Source: Macrostomum hystrix (lineage: Eukaryota; Animalia; Platyhelminthes). From it: a stretch of 64,000 nucleotides of DNA. A model generated the notes under the pieces. It saw only the letters and a program-made list of their open reading frames with translations. It ran no database searches and had not been told where the DNA came from. The DNA is taken from NCBI GenBank assembly GCA_950097015.1, contig CATNEN010000037.1, forward strand, positions 744,001 through 808,000, read 5' to 3'. The first letter of the stretch is position 1, and each line of letters opens with the position of its first letter. This document shows, piece after piece, positions 48,737 to 62,000 of this stretch. Made by a program: the position numbers and the translations under genes.

Positions 48737-51700
48737 TCAAACCTCGAAAAAGTTGCCAGAATGAGGATCTCGACCAGCCTTGGGCGCCAGGCTGTGCCTA
48801 AGCCAGTCCTCCTGCAGCCGGTTGTACATTACCGAGCTCAGCTGCAGGGGCTGGCCTCGGCGAAGATATTCGTCTGTCTCACCGTACCGATCAACGTATG
48901 GCGCGCTAGAGATGGCTCCGAGTCTATTAGGAGCAGAAACCAGCAACAGAGTACAGTCTAGGACGCGAAGGAACACACCTGTGCCGCCTGGAGACATTAT
49001 CATTATGATTATGATTATTCAGAAGGACATGCCATACGAGCGTAGCAATTTCCTGATCCCATCGTTTTCGGTAAAAATAGAAATCATATCCCCAAATCCC
49101 ACATTTTAAAATAAATGGTATCCAAGTCCCTTCCTACCACAGGTTGGGATAAAATGAAATCGTTTCACCTGATCCCACACAGGCTAGGATAAATTATTTA
49201 GATAAACGATTAAGGAAGGGATACAGATAAAACACCTGTTCGAATCTCCACGATCCCCACAGGTAGGGATACAGACAAGACACCTGTCCGAATCCAGGGA
49301 TATATAATAGATAAGACACATGTCAGAATTTAGGGATAGAGCTATGACACCTATCCGAATTTAGGGATACAGATAAGACACCTGTCCGAATCTAGGGATA
49401 CAGATAAGACACCTGTCCGAATCTAGGGATACAGATAAGACACCTATCCGAATCTAGGGATACAGATAAGACACCTGTCCGAATCTAGGGATACAGATAA
49501 GACACCTATCCGAATCTAGGGATACAGATAAGACACCTATCCGAATCTTGGGATACAGATAAGACACCTATCCGAATCTAGGGATACAGATAAGACACCT
49601 GTCCGAATCTAGGGATACAGATAAGACACCTATCCGAATCTAGGGATACAGATAAGACACCTATCCGAATCTAGGGATACAGATAAGACACCTGTCCGAA
49701 TCTAGGGATACAGATAAGACACCTATCCGAATCTAGGGATACAGATAAGACACCTATCCGAATCTAGGGATACAGATAAGACACCTGTCCGAATCTAGGG
49801 ATACAGATAAGACACCGATCCGAATCTAGGGATACAGATAAGACACCTATCCGAATCTAGGGATACAGATAAGACACCTGTCCGAATCTAGGGATACAGA
49901 TAAGACACCTATCCGAATCTAGGGATACAGATAAGACACCTGTCCGAATCTAGGGATACAGATAAGACACCTATCCGAATCTAGGGATACAGATAAGACA
50001 CCTATCCGAATCTAGGGATACAGATAAGACACCTGTCCGAATCTAGGGATACAGATAAGACACCGATCCGAATCTAGGGATACAGATAAGACACCTATCC
50101 GAATCTAGGGATACAGATAAGACACCTATCCGAATCTAGGGATACAGATAAGACACCGATCCGAATCTAGGGATACAGATAAGACACCTATCCGAATCTA
50201 GGGATACAGATAAGACACCTGTCCGAATCTAGGGATACAGATAAGACACCTATCCGAATCTAGGGATACAGATAAGACACCTGTCCGAATCTAGGGATAC
50301 AGATAAGACACCTATCCGAATCTAGGGATACAGATAAGACACCTATCCGAATCTAGGGATACAGATAAGACACCTGTCCGAATCTAGGGATACAGATAAG
50401 ACACCGATCCGAATCTAGGGATACAGATAAGACACCTATCCGAATCTTGGGATACAGATAAGACACCTGTACGAATCTAGGGATACAGATAAGACACCTG
50501 TTCGAATCGCCAAATTTACCTGTGCACATAACGGCGTGCAGATTAGCTCCGCCAATCTCGGCGGTACCCTCGAACACGGGCATTTGGCAGCAGTTGGAAT
50601 TGCTGCAAACCAGACGACCGCAGGCCAGACACTTGGCCGGCTGCAGATTCCTACCCGCTGGTCCGGGACCGGAGCCTGATGGGCACTGGAAGTCGCTGCA
50701 CTCAAGCAGCAGGTCTGTATAGTCTCTAGGCAGATCTACTAGCCTAGCGGCTCGCCTAGGATAAGCCACCGAGTTGGGAGCTTTAGCTAGCAATCTAGCA
50801 GAGTCCTGGCACCACAATTGCAACAGCTGTTCTGTTAGCAAACCAGCTGGATGCTTTGGCAGCTGTAGCAGGCCTGCTAGCCAGGCGAACTCAGAAGCGG
50901 CATTCGTCGATTGAGTCGAATCGGCGTCGGCGGAAACGGCGAAAGACGGCGGCTGAACAGGCGCCGGCGCGTCGGTTAGGGCCCGATAGAACAGTGCGGC
51001 GCAACGCAACATTGGCAGGCAGGCTGCTGCAACCTGATTGGCCAGGGCTGGCGATCCGCTGACAGCGGCTGGCGGCAGTCCAACAGTCTGGCGACATCGG
51101 CGAACTAGGCGATCCAGTTGGCTATTGTCGTCGCCCGATGGCTCGATGGCCGTGGTCTGAGCTGCGGCTTCAGGATCGCTGGGCAAGCTGACAATGATCT
51201 GCATCGAGAAAAAATATCAATTTTTTTCTTCAGCTTTAAGAGTGAAGTGGCAGAGCGGTTAACGAGTTTGCCTCTCGCGCCAAGGTCCCTGCGCTCGATT
51301 CCGCGGCGAGGCCACATTCATTTGGGGTGCAGTCGCGGAGAGAAGGCTTGGGGGCTTGTCGTGCAATTTACGCCCTTGAGGGCCAACCCCCAAGGCACAG
51401 TGAGAGTGTACACTGCCTGACGATGACAAAATCAAGGCAGGTGTACACAGCCTTGTGTGAGTGTGTGCTCAGGAGTCAGCGGAATGTACATATGTTACAC
51501 AGTCCGCGGATTTCAGCTGATGCTGGTATCAGTTTTTTGACTGATCTGGCAAATCTCACCTGGAAGACGTGAGCAGCAACTAGCAGGCGAATCAGACGAC
51601 AGAGATTCGGATCCGAGCAGTCGGGCGCTCGGCCGCCGAGGCGGTACAGGCAGTAGGTGAGCTGCACGAGACAGGTGGTCAGGTCAACCTCCAGCAGGCA

Positions 51701-54700
51701 GGGCAAAGTTGAAGGCGACGGAGGCAGAAGCAGCAGGCTGAGGCAACGGCTGGCCAGGCAGCGAAGTCTTTCGGCAGAGGCGGAGGCGGGGGCGGCAGGG
51801 CGCAGGCCGGCAGCGCGGACTAGAGCCGCAAGGCCAACAGCGCAGCGCTCTGGCAGGGCGTCGAACAGAGACCGATTGGATGCTCGGCCAGCCGCTTCGG
51901 CAGCCTGCAGACTGTAGGCCACAGTCAGGAGCAGCGGATCGGCACCTTCGGGCGGCTTCCAGTCCGACGACGGGAGCAGCTCCGGCGGCAGGTCGGCGCC
52001 GAGGCCGCGATATTCGCAGACAATGGCCAGATCGTCTAGAGCCTGCAGAGCCTCCTGACCCGGCCAGGTGGCGGCAGCGGAGGCGGTTGCGACGCTCGAC
52101 GCGCCGACAAATGACGGCGGCCGACGCAGGCCGTCGATAACTTCGCTGCGCAGTTCGTTAAGCCAGGTGCCGAAGCCGGAATCGTCAATTTCGGCGCGGA
52201 ACAGCTGCGGCTGCTGACCGTCGGTTGGTGGCAGACGAGGCGCTACCGGCAGCGCGCAGTTGCACAACTGCTGGCAGAGCGGGCACAGGTACCGGCTTCG
52301 TCTAGGATCACCAGCCCGACTGCGCAGCTGCATGTTGGACGGAGAGACTAGGAAGTCGCGATAGCAGGACAGGTGCATGGCGTGGCCGCAGGAGGAGAAA
52401 TGCGGGCCTTCCAATAGTTCGGGCTCAACAAAATAGCCGGACCAGTTGGAGTCTCTGGTGCAGCCGCGCTGCTGGCTCAGGACGGTGGATCGTTGGACTA
52501 ATCCGGCTAGGAGCATGGGATTATTGGAGCCGGCCCGGTGAGCCTCCTGGCACAGCAGGCAGGTGTGGACAGGCAGACCGTCTTGGACAGCGCTGCGATT
52601 CGGGCCTGCGAATTTAGTTGCCATGGAGATTGCAAGTTAATTCGCTACTTTTTAAATTGGTACTTTTAAAATGAACCCTTGCTAGCTAGGTCTGAAAAAA
52701 ATTAATCACGCTTTTTCGCTACAGTTAACGTTACTTCCGCTAGCTTCTTAATTTAGTCTTAATTAAGTTACTAAAAGGAAAATTTTTTTAATAATAAATT
52801 CTTATAACGAAGCACTAAAAAGACAAGGAATAATTTACAAAAGGACATGGAATTGACATAATAAACGTCATTTATGGTTACATAATCCGTTAGTGTGTGT
52901 GCTGAGGGTCAGAAAAATGTCGCCTACAGTTACTAAAATGTCGGACTCTATTCAGACATAAATTCGTTACTTTTTATTATTCGCTAAAACGATTCGTTAC
53001 TTTATAAACAATTCAAAACGCAAATAGAAATCAGTCATCACCTATGATTGGTCCCTCGCGCACACTGGCCAATTGTGAAGAAGTCGATTCTTCTGAATTT
53101 GTCGACGTGGTCAATTTGAACTCGACGCCGCCGCCAGCGCCATCGGCGTCAGACTGACCCACCAATTCGCCGTATTCGGCCAAGAAATTCTTCTGCATCT
53201 GCATCATCTTCGCCATTAGACGATCGCGCCTATCCTGAGCCAGCTTCTGCTGTTGCCGACGCTTGGCTTCGGCCTCCGCGGCTTCGCTGTTGTTGCTCCC
53301 GCTGCTGATGCCGCCGCCGCCTCTGCCGCTGACGCCGAGTTCGCCCGAGTCGCCGATTTCGCCGCCGGACTGTCGATAGGCGCCAGATTTAGACAGGTGA
53401 CGCAATCGGGTCATTGTGAAGTCGTACAGCTGCCTGACTGACTCAAGCGCCATTCGGGACTTCGGCACCGACTCCAGCGCTGACATCAGGCTAACGCCGT
53501 CTTCCACAGCCAGGACGCGGTCTAGAAAGCGTCGATCCCCTCTGCGCTGATCCTCATCCAGGCCAACTAGCACCAGGTACATGGCTCGTTCGAGTTGAAT
53601 CTCCGACCAGGATCGCTTGGCGTTGCTAGGAGCGTCGTTGGTTGCCAAGACAACGATTCGCAATAGGCCAAGCATAGCGTCGCAATGCAGCAGGTCCAGC
53701 ACCGGCAGGTAGGCAGGCGCAAAGGCTGGCAGGGGAGGCGGAGAAACAATGGGAGCGGTAGATGGAGAATTGGGATTATTCCTTCGCTTGCTCATGCTGT
53801 GCAGAGCCTTGGACATGGAAGCCCTGGCTAGGCGCGGATAGAACGGATTAAACCGATTGTAGAGATGATCACGCAGGTGAAACTCGCCTTTGTTTTGACC
53901 CTGAAATTTATTAGCAAGATTTGGGCTAGTCCGTTATTTTCTATAGATCGCTACTAAAGTACATATGTAGGAGCTTGTCCGTCAGTTTTCTATAGATCGT
54001 TACTAGCATACCCATTTGGAAGCTAGTCCGCTAACTTTTCTCGAGATCGTTACTTATGTACATATAAATTGGAGATAGTCAGTTAGTTTTCTATAGATCG
54101 TTACTTATGTAAATATATAGGAGCTAGTCCGTTAGTTTTCTTAAGATCATTTCTAATATGTATAGAAGCTAGTTCGCTAATTTCTGCTGATCGGTACTAA
54201 TATTTATAAAAAAATAACTCGCTAAATATCCGTTTATCGCTACTTGTGTGTTAAGTAGAGTACAAAGTTCGAACCTGAACACCGCGAAACTCGGCCAGCT
54301 GATCAATTAGGCTGTCCAATTTAGCGAAACACTCCAATTGCCGATCGGCGGTGGGCAATTTTCTAACAAAATCATTCGACAGACGCAGCAGTTTAGAATG
54401 CGACTGCGGCTCAGCAATGAGATGCTGCAGCAGGTCCTCTTCAACCATGTCCATGAAGGCTACCGACTGCCCGACGCCCGGAATTCGTCGCTCGCACAGC
54501 ACATTGATTAGGATCCGAAGTAGATCTTCCACAATGGCCCGTTCGGCGTCTTCGTCGTATCGTTCGGAAGCTTCTCCTGTCGACTTGCCATCAGCGCCGC
54601 TAACCCAACGATGCAATTCGAATGCGTCCAATAGTCTGAGAATGAACTGATCTGGTTGCACTGAGGCAGCGGCCAGCTGTACTAGATGCAGATCCCTCAG

Positions 54701-56036
54701 CGGCATGCCAACAGCTGCTGTCTGATGACTGCTATACTGCAGATTCAGATTCATTATGGCCAAACCGTTCCGTTTCCACAGGCCGGCGGCAATTTGAGCT
54801 GACCAGGCCAGCTGGCGGGCTGCGGTTAGCCAGGCCAACACGAAACCTTTGTGAGACGCCAGCAACTCCAGCTGACGGCGACAGTCCGGAGAATTCTCGT
54901 GATTAGCGGCGTAGCAGGTGAGCAGTGAGTCTAAGAATCTGCGGAGAAATTTGGGTTAGAAAACCTGTTAGAAACTGGTCTAACAGGTGAGAACACACGT
55001 CTAACAGGTGAGAACACACGTCTAACAGGTGAGAAACCTGTCTAAGAGGTGAGAAACCCGTCTAACAAGTGAGAAACCCGTCTAAGAGGTGAGAAATCTG
55101 TCTAACAGGTGAGAATGTCTAAGAGGTGAGAAACCCGTCTAACAGGTGAGAAACCCGTCTAACAGGTGAGAAACCCGTCTAAGAGGTGAGAAATCTGTCT
55201 AACAGGTGAGAATGTCTAAGAGGTGAGAAACCCGTCTAACAGGTGAGAAACCTGTCTAACAGGTGAGAAACCTGTCTAAGAGGTGGGAAACCTGTCTAAC
55301 AGGTGAGAACACACATCTAACAGATGAGAACACACGTCTAACAGGTGAGAACACACGTCTAACAGGTGAGAACACGCGTCTAACAGGTGAGAACACACGT
55401 CTAACATGTGAGAACACGCGTCTAACAGGTGAGAAACCTGTCTAAGAGGTGAGAAACCCGTCTAACAGGTGAGAAACCCGTCTAACAGGTGAGAAACCCG
55501 TCTAACAGGTGAGAAACCTGTCTAACTGGTGAGATACTTCTTTGCTTGATATGGGAGTGCAAAAACCGTTAAAAGTTATTTTTGTTTATGGTTCATTATG
55601 GGGGATAAAGGAATGATATAAAGCGTTACTTTAGGAAAAAAACGCCGAAAAGTTACTTTCCAGGATTTTTTACGCTAAAATCATTAATCAAGCGAAGAAG
55701 AAATCTTTAACAATGCCAAGTACAACTGCAACCTGACTGACCTTGTCAACGGTTGAAAATAGGACACAAAAACTCGGCCAGACATGAGCGGAGCCAGAAC
55801 GGGGCCATTCATCTGCCGGCCGGCTAGGCTCAGGGGCGAACCGGAAACATTCAGAAATTTGCAGCTTAACGAAGGATGGCTTTTTATCTTTGTAAGCACC
55901 TGGTCGACACTCTTAGCGAATAGTTGAGCATCTCGAGATAGAAACTCGGCCAGCATGTGATTCTGGTACATGGATGTTAGAATAAAGATGAATGGCATCT
56001 CCCATTCGAAGTCGAAGCCAATGTGACCAACAGTGT

Positions 56037-56073
<37 letters not shown>

Positions 56074-59000
56074 AGAGAGAAATATTCTATATGAGCTACT
56101 TTGACGACAATTTTCTGTTCTGCACCCGAACGGAGCAGCGCAAGCACACGTTGCCAAATATTTGTTGCGGATCTTCTGAAACAATAATCAAGTCGCCAGC
56201 TCTTCAGACCGTCGAGATATTCAATGGTTGTGGCCGAAGGTCAGGTTTTTCCCATAAGTTTTAGTATATTTCATACATACACCCATATAGAAGAATTAGC
56301 ACTGCGCCTCAGTGCGGCCTTGCCAGGCCTTCAAAATGTATCAGCATGTCACACGAATGTGCCTGCATCATCTCCGTCTTCGGTGGTCACCTTCCTTTAT
56401 CTAGACAGACTGCTGGACCTTCAAAGGCTACAAAATGTGGAAATAGGCCATTATGGACACCCTGACGCGAATTTCTCCCATTTCATTGATCAAGTCTAAA
56501 TATCAGTCAAGCCTGTCAACCAACCAGTCACCACCCAACGCTGTTAGCATTCAGGCGCTGCCAAAAAAATTTCTGGAATTATCCCCTTGGTATCAAAACG
56601 GGCGTCAAAATGTCCTACTGTAAACTAGACAATGATGATTCACGCAGCGAATTTCGAACACAAACATACAGAGAGTTCACATTCGAATGTTCGAGTACGT
56701 ACTAAACTTATCCTCACATGTACGTGTATATTTAAAAGAAAATTTATTGAAAAGTATATGTTACTTTGAGAAATATTCTGAATAAAAAGCTTGATTAGTT
56801 TCTTGGATGTAACCTAAACGAACGATATGCATGTTAAAATGTACATTTGTGTCAGCAAGTGCAAATCAGGTGTATATGTAGACCTGCAGCAAGCGAGGAA
56901 CTTCTGAGCACACACGCACACAGATACTGTACACAGGCACACGGTCACACAGGTGTGTACATCTGCCCGGACTTTCTCATCGTCAGGCAGTGCATAATTT
57001 CACTGTGCCTTGGGGGTTGGCCCTCAAGGGCGTAAATTGCACGACAAGCCCCCAAGCCTTCTCTCCGCGACTGCACCCCATATGAATGTGGCCTCGCCGC
57101 GGAATCGAGCTCAGGGACCTTGGCTAGACCACTCTGCTACTGACCCCATCTTGATGCGTTAATTATTGCTGCTCCAATCTCTCCTTACCTCCTAGCAATG
57201 CAAGCATCCTGGAACAATCTGAACAGCTCCAGAAAGCTAGGCAGCGCGATCCAGATTGCTTCGAAAAACTGCGGCGACAATTCGTCGAAATCGTTGTGCA
57301 GCAGGTATTCAACGTCGCGCACCAGATGCAGGCTGCGATTCCAACGGGAGAATGGCATCCTGTCTGATTCGTTAAATTTTAGCAATTCAGTTTCCGCTTC
57401 TTGGTCCATTTGTCTGGCTTTTAGTAGCACCGAGTTGACAAGAATGTCCACCATGATTTTGAGTGCCTGGTGCTCAGTGATCAGGTACATGGCCTGCGGT
57501 AATGTGGCAAGAGAGAACGTTAAATAATTGTTGTTGTTTAAAAATATATCCAGATTACTCTACTAAAAGTAAGACAGCGCGGTTTTATTTTATTGTAGAT
57601 GGAACAAAGTGTTTCTTGCCTGCCTCTGTGCAGATTGGCTTCATTAGAATTAAAAAAACCCAGTCAATCGATAATTAGCGAAAAAGCCAAGCATAAAAGT
57701 TAATTTCTATGCATAAGCAGCATGAACGAACTAGTCTACTAACAGTAGCCAACATACAACTGCATAAACTAATAACGAAACACAGCAATCTAAACGGTAG
57801 CCCTAAAAAGGGCCGTTTTTTACAATACACTTTTAGCTAATCATAACACAAATTCAACAGCTCGGTGAACTGAAGCTTTGCCATATCCAACCAGTTGAGA
57901 TTCGAATCTAACAGTAGCAAATTCTTACCAGAGAAGGCGAGGTGAATAACTGCACAGACAGTTGAGCAACAGAGTCCTCCTGATGATGCATGTCCTCGCA
58001 GAAGCGCTCAAATATTTGTCCGTGATTCACCGCGTACAGAGCCGCAATCCGACGCTTATAATTGGCTTTCATTAGTAAGGATTTGATCAGCATTTCAATG
58101 ATCACCTTGCGAGCTACCTTCCACAGGTGATCCGTGTGCACTAGCAGATAATACACTAGCGGCTGGCCAGACTGCCACTCGGTGCCTGGTGACTCGACGG
58201 GAGCCAGCAAGCATTCGCAGAATATCTCGTGTAGACCGTCTGTTTGGTGTGATTGGGCATGCGTGCATCGCAGTGTCAATATGTGGGATCCACTTAATGA
58301 GGCCGTTTTTACTCAAGTAAAAAACTTCTAGAAAATGTAACTCACCGGAGCGACCGATAAGTTCGCAGAGCCAGGTGAGCAGATGCAGGCATATGGCCTG
58401 GTAAGAAAATGTAACTGAACGGATTGGCACACAGCCAAGCTCGGTTCCGCTGTCATTTTTAATAGTAGATCGAATCTCGCTACACAGCCGATAGGCGCTC
58501 GGCCAGTCGGCCAGGCGGACAACACTGCGGCCATCGTTATCAACTACTGTGGCGAAGTGATTAGCGGTCTGGTCGTCTACCCTTAGGCACTGAATCAGCG
58601 TGTGGATAACCTGCGATATAATAACGGCGGTGGATTGGGATTACACAAGGTTGAGTTGCTGTCCATTGTTCTGGAGTCAATATGGCTGTAAGGGCATCTT
58701 TACGGTTGTTGGGATGTTTATATGGCTGTCAGGGTGTTAACATGGCTGTCAGGGTGTCAACATGGCTGTCAGGGTGTCAATATGGCTGTCAGTGTGTCAA
58801 TATGGCTGTCAGGGTGTCAACATGGCTGTCAGGGTGTCAACATGGCTGTCAGGGTGTCAACATGGCTGTCAGGGTGTTAACATGGCTGTCAGGGTGTCAA
58901 CATGGCTGTCAGGGTGTCAACATGGCTGTCAGGGTGTCAACATGGCTGTCAGGGTGTCAACATGGCTGTCAGGGTGTCAACATGGCTGTCAGGGTGTCAA

Positions 59001-62000
59001 TATGGCTGTCAGGGTGTCAACATGGCTGTCAGGGTGTCAACATGGCTGTCAGTGTGTCAATATGGCTGTCAGGGTGTCAACATGGCTGTCAGGGTGTCAA
59101 CATGGCTATCAGGGTGTCAACATGGCTGTCAGGGTGTCAACATGGCTATCAGGGTGTCAACATGGCTATCAGGGTGTCAACATTGCTGTCAGGGTGTCAA
59201 CATGGCTGTCAGGGTGTCAACATGGCTATCAGGGTGTCAACATGGCTGTCAGGGTGTCAACATGGCTGTCAGTGTGTCAACATGGCTGTCAGGGTGTCAA
59301 CATGGCTGTCAGGGTGTCAACATGGTGCCAAGCACTAAGCTCACCTGTGGATAACTGTGAATCTCGTCGTTATAAAGCACAGCGGCGAATTGTCCGCCAA
59401 TGTCATTGTCGGTAGCGGAGGTGTCAGTCGCAGCGCCCTGAGGAAGCCAACGACGCAGAAAGTCCTGATCAATTTGGTCCATTCTTTCAACATTTTCTGG
59501 CAGCCGTAGGCGATACTCCACCAAAGCGGTGTGCAGGGCCAGATCCAGCACCTAAAGAAATGTCGATGATAGTTCGATAATTATTTTCTCAATAGTGAAT
59601 TTAGATAAACACAAAAAGGTCGGAAGTTCGAATCGCAGATCAGAGCGATGGAAACAGTTTTTTAAATCCTAAAACTAAATTCAATTCATAATTAATATTG
59701 TTCAGGGATTATCAAACTCCAGCTAGCTGGCCAGATTCGGCCCTCGAAGCTCCCAAATCCGGCCCCTTGCGACATCTACAGTATCCTGTTTCATCTTTCC
59801 CGTGTCTTAACTCTCCCGTGTCTCATCTTTCCTCGGTCTCGTCTCTCCCGTGTCCCATCTTTCCCATTTCTCCCGTGTCTCATTTCTCCCGAGTCTCATC
59901 TCTTCCATGTCTCATTTCTCCCGTGTCTCATTTCTCCCGAGTCTCATCTCTTCCATGTCTCATTTCTCCCGTGTCTCATTTCTCCCGTGTCTCATCTCTT
60001 CCATGTCTCATTTCTCCCGTGTCTCATTTCTCCCGAGTCTCATCTCTCCCGAGTCTCATCTCTTACATGTCTCATCTCTCCCGTGTCTCATTTCTCCCGA
60101 GTCTCATCTCTCCCGAGTCTCATCTCTCCCGAGTCTCATCTCTCCCGTGTCTCATCTCTCCCGAGTCTCATCTCTCCCGAGTCTCATCTCTCCCGAGTCT
60201 CATCTCTCCCGAGTCTCATCTCTCCCGTGTCTCATTTCTCCCGAGTCTCATCTCTCCCGAGTCTCATCTCTTACATGTCTCATCTCTCCCGTGTCTCATT
60301 TCTCCCGAGTCTCATCTCTCCCGAGTCTCATCTCTCCCGAGTCTCATCTCTTACATGTCTCATCTCTCCCGTGTCTCATTTCTCCCGAGTCTCATCTCTC
60401 CCGAGTCTCATCTCTCCCGAGTCTCATCTCTCCCGTGTCTCATCTCTCCCGAGTCTCATCTCTCCCGTGTCTCATTTCTCCCGAGTCTCATCTCTCCCGA
60501 GTCTCATCTCTCCCGTGTCTCATCTCTCCCGAGTCTCATCTCTCCCGAGTCTCATCTATCCCGTGTCTCATTTCTCCCGAGTCTCATCTCTCCCGAGTCT
60601 CATCTCTTACATGTCTCATCTCTCCCGTGTCTCATTTCTCCCGAGTCTCATCTCTCCCGAGTATCATCTCTCCCGAGTCTTATCTCTCCCGTGTCTCATC
60701 TCTCCCGAGTCTCATCTCTCCCGAGTCTCATCTCTCCCGAGTCTCATCTCTCCCGAGTCTCATCTCTCCCGAGTCTCATCTCTCCCGAGTCTCATCTCTC
60801 CCGTGTCTCATTTCTCCCGAGTCTCATCTCTCCCGAGTCTCATCTCTTACATGTCTCATCTCTCCCGTGTCTCATTTCTCCCGAGTCTCATCTCTTACAT
60901 GTCTCATCTCTCCCGTGTCTCATCTCTCCCGTGTCTCATCTCTCCCGAGTCTCATCTCTCCCGAGTCTCATCTCTCCCGAGTCTCATCTCTTACATGTCT
61001 CATCTCTCCCGTGTCTCATTTCTCCCGAGTCTCATCTCTCCCGAGTCTCATCTCTCCCGAGTCTCATCTCTCCCGAGTCTCATCTCTCCCGTGTCTCATC
61101 TCTCCCGAGTCTCATCTCTCCCGAGTCTCATCTCTCCCGAGTCTCATCTCTCCCGTGTCTCATTTCTCCCGAGTCTCATCTCTCCTGTCTCATTTCTACA
61201 ATCAATGCGGACACAAAAGTGCAAGTGGGAACCACCAAAACACACAAAAAGCATAATCTCTAGATTCTCTAAAGACTATCAGGCACTAGACTCAAACAAT
61301 CGCGCTAATTAAACACAGGGGCGGGCAGGTTATATTGCCATCCGCACCTGATTGCAAATTGCGCGAAATCGTTCCACCATGCCCGGAGGCAGTTTGTCAA
61401 CCGGTGAGCCAATTTGACTTCCAGCCCGCTGCTCGTGCAGGGAGCAGCGATGATGACGCTTGAAGGCCTCGGGATCGCCGCAGTCGCAGTAGCCGCCATT
61501 GCCAGAGGACAAGTGCATCTTGGAGGGTGAGGTTTGAGAAAATTTAACGATTTAGCAATTAGTCTATATTTGATATACTCGTATATCAGATTACAGAAAG
61601 GGTTGCCAAGTAAGAGTTGGGTTATCTAGGCAGATTGTTGCGTTGTCAAGGAAGACATGTGAGTTATTAATGAAGATAGTTGGGCTGTCAGTCATAATAG
61701 CTGAGTTGTTAAGGAAGGTTACTGAGTTCAGGCAAGGTTTTAAATCAAGATTCCTAGGATTTATAGATGTGCTGCTCTATGTAACATTTCAGAAATAAAT
61801 ATACATATTCAATGAAGAGGCTTACCTTATAGTTATGATTCTTGTGCTCGGAGTGGACAAAGCAGTTATTGCACATGACAGATGTTGGATCAGCAGTGCA
61901 GTCACTATATTTAGTAATAAATAGATACATTTTTAACACAAAGTAAAACCTTCTGTTGTTATGATAGATGCTTTAATCTGCAAAAAACTACATTATGAAT

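Noticed and set aside
44935-50505. CRISPR-like arrays
   Set aside because: Units are head-to-tail without unique spacers, there are no cas genes, and the context is eukaryotic.
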